From the human T2T-CHM13v2.0 reference genome, Homo sapiens: 64,000 nt of DNA. A program made the position numbers and the translations under genes. How positions within the stretch are numbered: position 1 is the stretch's first letter; every line of letters begins with the position of its first letter. Positions 1 to 15,100 of the stretch are shown here, in pieces. The notes beneath the pieces are model-generated. The model was not told where the DNA came from. It saw only the letters and a program-made list of their open reading frames with translations, and ran no database searches. The stretch lies in the NCBI RefSeq assembly GCF_009914755.1, contig NC_060940.1; one strand, given 5' to 3'.

Positions 1-3000
1 TCCATTTAATGAATCCATTGGTTTCAATTCTATGATGATTACATTGGATTCCATTCGTTGATGATTTCATTCGGTTCCATTCAATGATGATTCCATTCAA
101 TTCCTTTCAATGTTTCCATTCAATTCCATACGATGATGATTCCATTTGATTTGATTCGACAGTGAGCCATTCGATTCAATTCCATGATGATTCTATTTGA
201 TTCAATTGGTTGACATTTCCATTCGATTCCATTCGATGATGATTCCCTTTGATTCCGTTCAAAGATGATTCCATTCTAGCCCATTCAATCATTCCATTCG
301 ATTCTATTCAATGATGATTCCATTCATGTCGATTTGGTGATTCCATTTGACTTCATTTGATGATGATTCCTTTCAAGTTCATTAGATGATTCCATTCGAT
401 TCCATTTGATGATGATCCCATTCGAGTCCATTCAGTGATTCCATTCGTTTCCATTCCATGATGATTCCATTCCTTTCCATTCAATGATTCCATTCGATTC
501 CGTTTGATGATGATTTCATTCGAGTCCATTTGATGATTCCATTTGATTCCATTCGATGATGATTCCATTCGAGTCCATTCGATGATTCTATTCGAATCCA
601 TTTGATGATTTCTTTTGATTATATTTGGTGATGATTCCATTGGAGTCCATTCAATGATTCCATTCTATTCCAATCGATGATGATTCCATTAGAGTCCATT
701 TAATGATTCCATTTGATTCCAGTCTCTGATGATTACATTCGAGTCCATACGATGATTCCACTCAATTCCATATGATGATGATTCCATTTGATTCCATTCG
801 GTGATTCCATTCTATTCTATTCAATGGTGATTCCATTCGAGTACATTAGATGATTCCATTCGATTCCATTCAATGATGATTCTATTTGTGTCCCTTAGAT
901 GATTCCACATGATTCCATTAGATGATGATACTATTTGAGCCCATCCAATGATTCCCTTCGATTCCATTCGATGAGGATTCCATTCGATTCAATTCATTGG
1001 TGATTCTATTCAATTCAATTCTTTGATTCCATTCCATTCCATTCGACAATGATTCCATTCGATTTCTTTCGATGATTCCACTCGATTCCACTTGACATTG
1101 ATTCCATTCGATTCCATTCAATGATTCCATTTGATTCCAGTGGATGATGATTGCCATCGATTCCATTCGATCACTCCATTCTATTCCATTTGATGATGAT
1201 TACATTCGATTCCATTTGATGATTCCATCTGATTCTATTCGAGGATTCCATTTGATTCCATTCGATGATGATTCCATTCGAGTCCATTCGATGATTTCAT
1301 TCCAGTACATCCAATGATTCCATTCGAGTCCATTAGATGATTCCATTTGATTCCATTTGAAAATGATTCTACTAGAGTCCATTCAAAGACTCCATTCGAG
1401 TCCATTCAACAATTCCATTCGACTCCATTCGATGATTCCATTCGATTCCATTTGATGGTTCCATTCGAGTCCATTTAATCATTACAGTCGAGTCCATTTG
1501 GTGATTCCACTGGATTTCTTTTGATAATGATACCATTCAATTACATTTGATGATGATCCCATTCAACTTCATTTGATGATGATTCCATTAGAGTCCATTC
1601 GATGATTTCATTCGAGTCCCTTCATTGATTCCATCCGATTTCATTGGATGATGACTCCATTCGAGTCCATTCGATGATTCCACTCGATTCCATTAGATGA
1701 CTCCATTGGAGTCCATTTGATTGTTCCATTCGATTCCATTCGATTCCTTTCGAAGATTATTCCATTTGAGTCCATTCGATGATGATTCCATTCCATTCCA
1801 TTCGATGATTCCGTTTGATTCCATTCGATGATTCCCTTCGATTCCTTTATTTGATGATTCCATTCCATTCCATTCAATGATTCCATTCGAATCTATTCCA
1901 TGATGATTCCTTTCGATTCCATTCGCTGATGTTTCCTTTCAATTCCATTCGATGATGATTCCATTCGATTCCATTCAATGATTGCATTCAATTCCATTCA
2001 ATGATTATCCCATTAGAGTAAACTCAACGATTCCATTCAATACCATTCGATGATGATTCCTTTTGAGTCCATCCAATGATTTCATTCAAGTCCATTTGAT
2101 GATTCCTTTCAATTCCATTCTATGATGATTCCATTCGAGTCCATTCGATGATTCCATTCGATTGCATTCGATGATTCCATTATATTCCATTCAACGGTGT
2201 TTCCATTCGAGTCCATTCCATGATTCCATTAGAGTACATTTAATGATTGCTTTGTTTTCAATTCGAAGATGATTACATTGGATTCCATTCTATGATACCA
2301 TTCGATTCCATTCAATGATGATTCCACTCAAATCCATTGGATGATTCCATTCGTGTCCATTCGGTGATTTCATTAGATTCCATTCGAGGATGATTCCATT
2401 CGATTCCATTCGATGATTCCATTCAATTCCATTCGATGATGATTCCATTCCAGTCCATATGATCATTCCATTTGATTTCATTCGATGATGATTCCATTCG
2501 ATTCCATTCGACGATTCCATTCTATTCCATTCGATGATGATTCCATTCGAGTCCATTCGATGATTCCATTCGAGTCCATTTAATGATTCCATTGGGTTCA
2601 ATTCAATGATGATTACATTGGATTCCGTTCTATGATTCCATTCAATTCCGTTCATTGACAATTTGATTCCATTCGATGATGATTCCATTTGAGTTCATTC
2701 GATGATTCTATTCGATTCTCTTCGATGGTGATTCAATTCTATTATATTGGATGATTCCATTCGATTCCATTTGATGTTGATTCAATTCGATTCTATTCGA
2801 TGATGATTCCATTGGATTTCACTTGATGATTCTATTCGATTCCATTCAATGATGATTCACTTCTCGTCCATTGGATGATTCCATTTCATTCCATTCGATG
2901 ATGATTCCATTCGATTCCATTCGATGATTCCATTTGATTCCATGCGACGGTGAGCAATTCGATTCAATTCCATGATGATTCTATTTGATTCAATTAGATG

Positions 3001-6000
3001 ATGTTTCCATTCGAATCCATTCCATGATTATTCCATTGGAATCCATTCGGCGATGATTCCATATGAGTCAATTCAATGATGATTCCATATGGGTCCGTTC
3101 GATGATAATTCCATTTGATTTCATTCGATGCTTCTATTCTATTCCAGTCGATGATGATTCCGTTGGTGTCCATACGATGATTCCATTTGATTTCATTTGA
3201 TGATGATTCCATTCGATGATGATTACATTGGATTCCATTCTATGATTCCATTCAATTCCATTCGTTGATGATTCGATTCCATTCAATGATGATTCCATTT
3301 GAGTTCATTCGATGATTCTATTCGATTCCGTTCGATGGTGATTCAATTCTATTATATTGGATGATTCCACTCGATTCCATTTGATGATTATTCCATTGGA
3401 GTCCACTTAGTGAATCCTTTAGATTCTACTCGACGATGATTCCATTCGAGTCCATTCGATGATACCATTCAATTCCATTCGTTGATGCTTCCATTCAAGT
3501 GCATTCGATGATATCATTCGATTCCATTTGATGATAATTCCATTTGATTCCATGCGATGATTCTATTCGATTCCATTCAATGATAATTCCATTCAATTCA
3601 GTGATTCCTCTGGACTCCATTTGATGATGATTCCATTCAATGATTCCATTCGATTCTATTCGAAAATGATTCCATTTGAATCCATTTGATGATGATTCCA
3701 TTAGATTCCATTTGATGATTCCATTCGATTCCATTCGACGATGATTCCATTCGATTCCGTTTGATGATTCCATTCTATTCTATTCGATGATGATTCCATT
3801 CGATTCCATTCGATGATGATTGGATTCGATTCCATTGGATGATTTCATTTGATTCCATTCGTTAATGATTTCGATCAATTCCATTCGATGATTCCATTCG
3901 ATTCCATTCGATAATGATTACATCCGAGTCCATTCGATGATTCCCTTTGAGCCTGTTCGATAATTCCATTTGAGTCCAACCAATGATTCCATTCATTTCC
4001 ATTCAATGATTCCATTCGAGTCCATTTGATCATTCCGGTAGGGTCCATTCGATGTTGATTCCATTGGAGTGCATTCGATGATTCCATTCGAGTCCATTTT
4101 AGGATTTGATTCGAGTCCTTTCGACGATTCCATTCGATTCCACTCGATGATGATTTCATTCGAGTCCATTCGACACTTCCAATCGATTCCATTTGATGAT
4201 TCCATTCGAGTCCAATTGATGATTCCATTCAATTCCATTCGATGATGATTCCGTACGATTCCATTCTGTGATGATTCCATGTGATTGCATTCAATGATGA
4301 TTCCTTTCGATTGCATTCGATTATGATTCATTTCGTGTTCATTCTATGGTTCCACAGGTTTCCATTCGTGTCCATTCCATTATTCCATTCTATTCCATTT
4401 GATGATGATTCCATTCGATTCCATTCATTGGTGATTCCACTCAATTCCATTCAATGATTCCATTCCATTTCTTTCAACAATGATTCCATTAGTTTCTAAT
4501 CGATGATCCACTTGATTCCATTTGACGACGATTCCATTCTTGTCCATTCGATGATTCCATTTGATTCCATATGATGATGATTCCATTCGATTCCATACCA
4601 TGATGATTCCATTCGAGTCCATTCAATGGTGATTCCATTCAATTCCATTCGATGATTCCTTTTGATTCCATTCGATGATGATGGCATTCGATTCCTTTCA
4701 ATCATTCCCTTTGATTCCATTCAAAGGTGATTTCATTCAAGTCCATTCGATAATTGCATTCGATTCCATTCTATGATGATTCCATTCGAGTCCATTTGAT
4801 GATTCCATTCAATTCAAGTCAATGATGATTCCATTCGATTCCATTCGATGATTCCATTGGATTCCATTCGATGATGATTCCATTCAAATCCATTCGATAA
4901 TTCAATTCAAGTCCATTCGATGATGATTCCAATCGAATCCATTCAAAGATTCCATTCAGTTCCATTCGATGATTCCCTTAGATTCCATTCGATGATTCCA
5001 CTTGATTGCATTTACGATGATTCCATTCGATTCCATGTGATGATTCCATTCAATTCTATTCAATGATGTCTCCATTTGATTCCATTCGACCATGATTGCC
5101 TTTGATTCCATTCAATGATTCCATTCGGTTCCGTTTGATGATGATTCCGTTCGATTCCATTTGATGATTCCATTTGATTCCATTGGATGAGTCCATTCGA
5201 TTACATTCGATGATTATTCCATTCGAGTGCATTAGATGATTCCATTCGAGTCCATTCGATGATTCCATTCGATTCCATTCGATGTTGATTCTGTTCAAAT
5301 CCATTCGATGATTCCACTCGATTCCATTCGTTGACTCCATTTGATCCCATTCGATGATTTCCTTTGATTCCCTTTGATGATCATTCCATTTGATTCAATT
5401 CGGTGATTTCATTTGATTCCATTCAGTGATGTTTCCATTCGACTCCATTCGATGATGATTCCATTCGACTCCATTCGATTATGATTTCATTCAATTCCAT
5501 TCGATAATGATTCCCTTCGAGTCCATTCGATGATTCCATTCGATTCCATTCAACGATGATTTGATTCGTGTCCATTCGATGATTCCATTTGATTCCACTT
5601 GATGATGATTCCATTCGAGTCCATTTGATGATTCCATTCAATTCCATACTCCGATGATTTCTTTTGAGCCCACTCAATGCTTCCACTCGATTCCATATGA
5701 TGATGACTCCATTCGATGAAATTCGATGATGATTCCATTCGCTTGCTTTCGATGATGATTCCACTTGAGTCCGTTAGAAGATTCTATTCAATTACATTCC
5801 ATGACGATTCCGTTCGAGTCCATTTGATGATTCCATTAGACTCCATTCGACGATGATTCCATTCGATGTTATTCGATGATTCCATTCGATCTCATTCGAT
5901 GATGATTCCATTCAACTCCATTCGATGTTTCCATTCGAGTTCATTCTATTATTCCATTAGATTCCATTCGATGATGATTCCATTCGATTCCATTTGATGA

Positions 6001-6060
6001 TTGCATTCTATTTCATTTGATGATGATTCCATTCGAGTCCACTCGATGATTCCATTCGAG
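1..6060 (+). repeat. 6.1-kb higher-order unit, copy 1 (6060-bp variant lacking a 52-bp segment)
   Basis: The marker TCCATTTAATGAATCCATTGGTTTCAATTC is at 1 and again at 6061. All ORF-track entries recur at +6060 (353->6413, 5550->11610). The unit phase is arbitrary and set by the window start. Confidence 0.95.
2986..2996 (-). promoter_or_regulatory. Candidate DUX4 binding site TAATTGAATCA (one per unit)
   Basis: TGATTCAATTA on + at 2986, 9046, 15158, 21270, 27300, 33402, 43641 and 53728 fits the DUX4 consensus TAAYBBAATCA. This is a motif match only, with no binding evidence. Confidence 0.4.
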
Positions 6061-9000
6061 TCCATTTAATGAATCCATTGGTTTCAATTCTATGATGATT
6101 ACATTGGATTCCATTCGTTGATGATTTCATTCGGTTCCATTCAATGATGATTCCATTCAATTCCTTTCAATGTTTCCATTCAATTCCATACGATGATGAT
6201 TCCATTTGATTTGATTCGACAGTGAGCCATTCGATTCAATTCCATGATGATTCTATTTGATTCAATTGGTTGACATTTCCATTCGATTCCATTCGATGAT
6301 GATTCCCTTTGATTCCGTTCCAAGATGATTCCATTCTAGCCCATTCAATCATTCCATTCGATTCTATTCAATGATGATTCCATTCATGTCGATTTGGTGA
6401 TTCCATTTGACTTCATTTGATGATGATTCCTTTCAAGTTCATTAGATGATTCCATTCGATTCCATTTGATGATGATCCCATTCGAGTCCATTCAGTGATT
6501 CCATTCGTTTCCATTCCATGATGATTCCATTCCTTTCCATTCAATGATTCCATTCGATTCCGTTTGATGATGATTTCATTCGAGTCCATTTGATGATTCC
6601 ATTTGATTCCATTCGATGATGATTCCATTCGAGTCCATTCGATGATTCTATTCGAATCCATTTGATGATTTCTTTTGATTATATTTGGTGATGATTCCAT
6701 TGGAGTCCATTCAATGATTCCATTCTATTCCAATCGATGATGATTCCATTAGAGTCCATTTAATGATTCCATTTGATTCCAGTCTCTGATGATTACATTC
6801 GAGTCCATACGATGATTCCACTCAATTCCATATGATGATGATTCCATTTGATTCCATTCGGTGATTCCATTCTATTCTATTCAATGGTGATTCCATTCGA
6901 GTACATTAGATGATTCCATTCGATTCCATTCAATGATGATTCTATTTGTGTCCCTTAGATGATTCCACATGATTCCATTAGATGATGATACTATTTGAGC
7001 CCATCCAATGATTCCCTTCGATTCCATTCGATGAGGATTCCATTCGATTCAATTCATTGGTGATTCTATTCAATTCAATTCTTTGATTCCATTCCATTCC
7101 ATTCGACAATGATTCCATTCGATTTCTTTCGATGATTCCACTCGATTCCACTTGACATTGATTCCATTCGATTCCATTCAATGATTCCATTTGATTCCAG
7201 TGGATGATGATTGCCATCGATTCCATTCGATCACTCCATTCTATTCCATTTGATGATGATTACATTCGATTCCATTTGATGATTCCATCTGATTCTATTC
7301 GAGGATTCCATTTGATTCCATTCGATGATGATTCCATTCGAGTCCATTCGATGATTTCATTCCAGTACATCCAATGATTCCATTCGAGTCCATTAGATGA
7401 TTCCATTTGATTCCATTTGAAAATGATTCTACTAGAGTCCATTCAAAGACTCCATTCGAGTCCATTCAACAATTCCATTCGACTCCATTCGATGATTCCA
7501 TTCGATTCCATTTGATGGTTCCATTCGAGTCCATTTAATCATTACAGTCGAGTCCATTTGGTGATTCCACTGGATTTCTTTTGATAATGATACCATTCAA
7601 TTACATTTGATGATGATCCCATTCAACTTCATTTGATGATGATTCCATTAGAGTCCATTCGATGATTTCATTCGAGTCCCTTCATTGATTCCATCCGATT
7701 TCATTGGATGATGACTCCATTCGAGTCCATTCGATGATTCCACTCGATTCCATTAGATGACTCCATTGGAGTCCATTTGATTGTTCCATTCGATTCCATT
7801 CGATTCCTTTCGAAGATTATTCCATTTGAGTCCATTCGATGATGATTCCATTCCATTCCATTCGATGATTCCGTTTGATTCCATTCGATGATTCCCTTCG
7901 ATTCCTTTCTTTGATGATTCCATTCCATTCCATTCAATGATTCCATTCGAATCTATTCCATGATGATTCCTTTCGATTCCATTCGCTGATGTTTCCGTTC
8001 AATTCCATTCGATGATGATTCCATTCGATTCCATTCAATGATTGCATTCAATTCCATTCAATGATTATCCCATTAGAGTAAACTCAACGATTCCATTCAA
8101 TACCATTCGATGATGATTCCTTTTGAGTCCATTCAATGATTTCATTCAAGTCCATTTGATGATTCCTTTCAATTCCATTCTATGATGATTCCATTCGAGT
8201 CCATTCGATGATTCCATTCGATTGCATTCGATGATTCCATTATATTCCATTCAACGGTGTTTCCATTCGAGTCCATTCCATGATTCCATTAGAGTACATT
8301 TAATGATTGCTTTGTTTTCAATTCGAAGATGATTACATTGGATTCCATTCTATGATACCATTCGATTCCATTCAATGATGATTCCACTCAAATCCATTGG
8401 ATGATTCCATTGGTGTCCATTCGGTGATTTCATTAGATTCCATTCGAGGATGATTCCATTCGATTCCATTCGATGATTCCATTCAATTCCATTCGATGAT
8501 GATTCCATTCCAGTCCATATGATCATTCCATTTGATTTCATTCGATGATGATTCCATTCGATTCCATTCGACGATTCCATTCTATTCCATTCGATGATGA
8601 TTCCATTCGAGTCCATTCGATGATTCCATTCGAGTCCATTTAATGATTCCATTGGGTTCAATTCAATGATGATTACATTGGATTCCGTTCTATGATTCCA
8701 TTCAATTCCGTTCATTGACAATTTGATTCCATTCGATGATGATTCCATTTGAGTTCATTCGATGATTCTATTCGATTCTCTTCGATGGTGATTCAATTCT
8801 ATTATATTGGATGATTCCATTCGATTCCATTTGATGTTGATTCAATTCGATTCTATTCGATGATGATTCCATTGGATTTCACTTGATGATTCTATTCGAT
8901 TCCATTCAATGATGATTCACTTCTCGTCCATTGGATGATTCCATTTCATTCCATTCGATGATGATTCCATTCGATTCCATTCGATGATTCCATTTGATTC

Positions 9001-12000
9001 CATGCGACGGTGAGCAATTCGATTCAATTCCATGATGATTCTATTTGATTCAATTAGATGATGTTTCCATTCGAATCCATTCCATGATTATTCCATTGGA
9101 ATCCATTCGGCGATGATTCCATATGAGTCAATTCAATGATGATTCCATATGGGTCCGTTCGATGATAATTCCATTTGATTTCATTCGATGCTTCTATTCT
9201 ATTCCAGTCGATGATGATTCCGTTGGTGTCCATACGATGATTCCATTTGATTTCATTTGATGATGATTCCATTCGATGATGATTACATTGGATTCCATTC
9301 TATGATTCCATTCAATTCCATTCGTTGATGATTCGATTCCATTCAATGATGATTCCATTTGAGTTCATTCGATGATTCTATTCGATTCCGTTCGATGGTG
9401 ATTCAATTCTATTATATTGGATGATTCCACTCGATTCCATTTGATGATTATTCCATTGGAGTCCACTTAGTGAATCCTTTAGATTCTACTCGACGATGAT
9501 TCCATTCGAGTCCATTCGATGATACCATTCAATTCCATTCGTTGATGCTTCCATTCAAGTGCATTCGATGATATCATTCGATTCCATTTGATGATAATTC
9601 CATTTGATTCCATGCGATGATTCTATTCGATTCCATTCAATGATAATTCCATTCAATTCAGTGATTCCTCTGGACTCCATTTGATGATGATTCCATTCAA
9701 TGATTCCATTCGATTCTATTCGAAAATGATTCCATTTGAATCCATTTGATGATGATTCCATTAGATTCCATTTGATGATTCCATTCGATTCCATTCGACG
9801 ATGATTCCATTCGATTCCGTTTGATGATTCCATTCTATTCTATTCGATGATGATTCCATTCGATTCCATTCGATGATGATTGGATTCGATTCCATTGGAT
9901 GATTTCATTTGATTCCATTCGTTAATGATTTCGATCAATTCCATTCGATGATTCCATTCGATTCCATTCGATAATGATTACATCCGAGTCCATTCGATGA
10001 TTCCCTTTGAGCCTGTTCGATAATTCCATTTGAGTCCAACCAATGATTCCATTCATTTCCATTCAATGATTCCATTCGAGTCCATTTGATCATTCCGGTA
10101 GGGTCCATTCGATGTTGATTCCATTGGAGTGCATTCGATGATTCCATTCGAGTCCATTTTAGGATTTGATTCGAGTCCTTTCGACGATTCCATTCGATTC
10201 CACTCGATGATGATTTCATTCGAGTCCATTCGACACTTCCAATCGATTCCATTTGATGATTCCATTCGAGTCCAATTGATGATTCCATTCAATTCCATTC
10301 GATGATGATTCCGTACGATTCCATTCTGTGATGATTCCATGTGATTGCATTCAATGATGATTCCTTTCGATTGCATTCGATTATGATTCATTTCGTGTTC
10401 ATTCTATGGTTCCACAGGTTTCCATTCGTGTCCATTCCATTATTCCATTCTATTCCATTTGATGATGATTCCATTCGATTCCATTCATTGGTGATTCCAC
10501 TCAATTCCATTCAATGATTCCATTCCATTTCTTTCAACAATGATTCCATTAGTTTCTAATCGATGATCCACTTGATTCCATTTGACGACGATTCCATTCT
10601 TGTCCATTCGATGATTCCATTTGATTCCATATGATGATGATTCCATTCGATTCCATACCATGATGATTCCATTCGAGTCCATTCAATGGTGATTCCATTC
10701 AATTCCATTCGATGATTCCTTTTGATTCCATTCGATGATGATGGCATTCGATTCCTTTCAATCATTCCCTTTGATTCCATTCAAAGGTGATTTCATTCAA
10801 GTCCATTCGATAATTGCATTCGATTCCATTCTATGATGATTCCATTCGAGTCCATTTGATGATTCCATTCAATTCAAGTCAATGATGATTCCATTCGATT
10901 CCATTCGATGATTCCATTGGATTCCATTCGATGATGATTCCATTCAAATCCATTCGATAATTCAATTCAAGTCCATTCGATGATGATTCCAATCGAATCC
11001 ATTCAAAGATTCCATTCAGTTCCATTCGATGATTCCCTTAGATTCCATTCGATGATTCCACTTGATTGCATTTACGATGATTCCATTCGATTCCATGTGA
11101 TGATTCCATTCAATTCTATTCAATGATGTCTCCATTTGATTCCATTCGACCATGATTGCCTTTGATTCCATTCAATGATTCCATTCGGTTCCGTTTGATG
11201 ATGATTCCGTTCGATTCCATTTGATGATTCCATTTGATTCCATTGGATGAGTCCATTCGATTACATTCGATGATTATTCCATTCGAGTGCATTAGATGAT
11301 TCCATTCGAGTCCATTCGATGATTCCATTCGATTCCATTCGATGTTGATTCTGTTCAAATCCATTCGATGATTCCACTCGATTCCATTCGTTGACTCCAT
11401 TTGATCCCATTCGATGATTTCCTTTGATTCCCTTTGATGATCATTCCATTTGATTCAATTCGGTGATTTCATTTGATTCCATTCAGTGATGTTTCCATTC
11501 GACTCCATTCGATGATGATTCCATTCGACTCCATTCGATTATGATTTCATTCAATTCCATTCGATAATGATTCCCTTCGAGTCCATTCGATGATTCCATT
11601 CGATTCCATTCAATGATGATTTGATTCGTGTCCATTCGATGATTCCATTTGATTCCACTTGATGATGATTCCATTCGAGTCCATTTGATGATTCCATTCA
11701 ATTCCATACTCCGATGATTTCTTTTGAGCCCACTCAATGCTTCCACTCGATTCCATATGATGATGACTCCATTCGATGAAATTCGATGATGATTCCATTC
11801 GCTTGCTTTCGATGATGATTCCACTTGAGTCCGTTAGAAGATTCTATTCAATTACATTCCATGACGATTCCGTTCGAGTCCATTTGATGATTCCATTAGA
11901 CTCCATTCGACGATGATTCCATTCGATGTTATTCGATGATTCCATTCGATCTCATTCGATGATGATTCCATTCAACTCCATTCGATGTTTCCATTCGAGT

Positions 12001-12120
12001 TCATTCTATTATTCCATTAGATTCCATTCGATGATGATTCCATTCGATTCCATTTGATGATTGCATTCTATTTCATTTGATGATGATTCCATTCGAGTCC
12101 ACTCGATGATTCCATTCGAG
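6061..12120 (+). repeat. 6.1-kb unit, copy 2 (6060-bp variant)
   Basis: Marker at 6061 and 12121. Only about six substitutions versus copy 1 were seen by eye (e.g. 261/6321, 1849/7909, 1937/7997, 2352/8412, 5554/11614). Confidence 0.95.
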
Positions 12121-15100
12121 TCCATTTAATGAATCCATTGGTTTCAATTCTATGATGATTACATTGGATTCCATTCGTTGATGATTTCATTCGGTTCCAT
12201 TCAATGATGATTCCATTCAATTCCTTTCAATGTTTCCATTCAATTCCATACGATGATGATTCCATTTGATTTGATTCGACAGTGAGCCATTCGATTCAAT
12301 TCCATGATGATTCTATTTGATTCAATTGGTTGACATTTCCATTCGATTCCATTCGATGATGATTCCCTTTGATTCCGTTCCAAGATGATTCCATTCTAGC
12401 CCATTCAATCATTCCATTCGATTCTATTCAATGATGATTCCATTCATGTCGATTTGGTGATTCCATTTGACTTCATTTGATGATGATTCCTTTCAAGTTC
12501 ATTAGATGATTCCATTCGATTCCATTTGATGATGATCCCATTCGAGTCCATTCAGTGATTCCATTCGTTTCCATTCCATGATGATTCCATTCCTTTCCAT
12601 TCAATGATTCCATTCGATTCCGTTTGATGATGATTTCATTCGAGTCCATTTGATGATTCCATTTGATTCCATTCGATGATGATTCCATTCGAGTCCATTC
12701 GATGATTCTATTCGAATCCATTTGATGATTTCTTTTGATTATTTTTGGTGATGATTCCATTGGAGTCCATTCAATGATTCCATTCTATTCCAATCGATGA
12801 TGATTCCATTAGAGTCCATTTAATGATTCCATTGGATTCCAGTCTCTGATGATTACATTCGAGTCCATACGATGATTCCACTCAATTCCATATGATGATG
12901 ATTCCATTTGATTCCATTCGGTGATTCCATTCTATTCTATTCAATGGTGATTCCATTCGAGTACATTAGATGATTCCATTCGATTCCATTCAATGATGAT
13001 TCTATTTGTGTCCCTTAGATGATTCCACATGATTCCATTAGATGATGATACTATTTGAGCCCATCCAATGATTCCCTTCGATTCCATTCGATGAGGATTC
13101 CATTCGATTCAATTCATTGGTGATTCTATTCAATTCAATTCTTTGATTCCATTCCATTCCATTCGACAATGATTCCATTCGATTTCTTTCGATGATTCCA
13201 CTCGATTCCACTTGACATTGATTCCATTCGATTCCATTCAATGATTCCATTTGATTCCAGTGGATGATGATTGCCATCGATTCCATTCGATCACTCCATT
13301 CTATTCCATTTGATGATGATTACATTCGATTCCATTTGATGATTCCATCTGATTCTATTCGAGGATTCCATTTGATTCCATTCGATGATGATTCCATTCG
13401 AGTCCATTCGATGATTTCATTCGAGTACATCCAATGATTCCATTCGAGTCCATTAGATGATTCCATTTGATTCCATTTGAAAATGATTCTACTAGAGTCC
13501 ATTCAATGACTCCATTCGAGTCCATTCAACAATTCCATTCGACTCCATTCGATGATTCCATTCGATTCCATTTGATGGTTCCATTCGAGTCCATTTAATC
13601 ATTACAGTCGAGTCCATTTGGTGATTCCACTGGATTTCTTTTGATAATGATACCATTCAATTACATTTGATGATGATCCCATTCAATTTCATTTGATGAT
13701 GATTCCATTAGAGTCCATTCGATGATTTCATTCGAGTCCCTTCATTGATTCCATCCGATTTCATTGGATGATGACTCCATTCGAGTCCATTCGATGATTC
13801 CACTCGATTCCATTAGATGACTCCATTGGAGTCCATTTGATTGTTCCATTCGATTCCATTCGATTCCTTTCGAAGATTATTCCATTTGAGTCCATTCGAT
13901 GATGATTCCATTCCATTCCATTCGATGATTCCGTTTGATTCCATTCGATGATTCCCTTCGATTCCTTTCTTTGATGATTCCATTCCGTTCCATTCAATGA
14001 TTCCATTCGAATCTATTCCATGATGATTCCTTTCGATTCCATTCGCTGATGTTTCCGTTCAATTCCATTCGATGATGATTCCATTCGATTCCATTCATTG
14101 AGGATTCCATTTGATTCCATTCAATGATGATTCCATTCTATTCCATTCAATGATTGCATTCAATTCCATTCAATGATTATCCCATTAGAGTAAACTCAAC
14201 GATTCCATTCAATACCATTCGATGATGATTCCTTTTGAGTCCATTCAATGATTTCATTCAAGTCCATTTGATGATTCCTTTCAATTCCATTCTATGATGA
14301 TTCCATTCGAGTCCATTCGATGATTCCATTCGATTGCATTCGATGATTCCATTATATTCCATTCAACGGTGATTCCATTCGAGTCCATTCCATGATTCCA
14401 TTAGAGTACATTTAATGATTGCTTTGTTTTCAATTCGAAGATGATTACATTGGATTCCATTCTATGATACCATTCGATTCCATTCAATGATGATTCCACT
14501 CAAATCCATTGGATGATTCCATTCGTGTCCATTCGGTGATTTCATTAGATTCCATTCGAGGATGATTCCATTCGATTCCATTCGATGATTCCATTCAATT
14601 CCATTCGATGATGATTCCATTCCAGTCCATATGATCATTCCATTTGATTTCATTCGATGATGATTCCATTCGATTCGATTCGACGATTCCATTCTATTCC
14701 ATTCGATGATGATTCCATTCGAGTCCATTCGATGATTGCATTCGAGTCCATTTAATGATTCCATTGGGTTCAATTCAATGATGATTACATTGGATTCCGT
14801 TCTATGATTCCATTCAATTCCGTTCATTGACAATTTGATTCCATTCGATGATGATTCCATTTGAGTTCATTCGATGATTCTATTCGATTCTCTTCGATGG
14901 TGATTCAATTCTATTATATTGGATGATTCCATTCGATTCCATTTGATGTTGATTCAATTCGATTCTATTCGATGATGATTCCATTGGATTTCACTTGATG
15001 ATTCTATTCGATTCCATTCAATGATGATTCACTTCTCGTCCATTGGATGATTCCATTTCATTCCATTCGATGATGATTCCATTCGATTCCATTCGATGAT

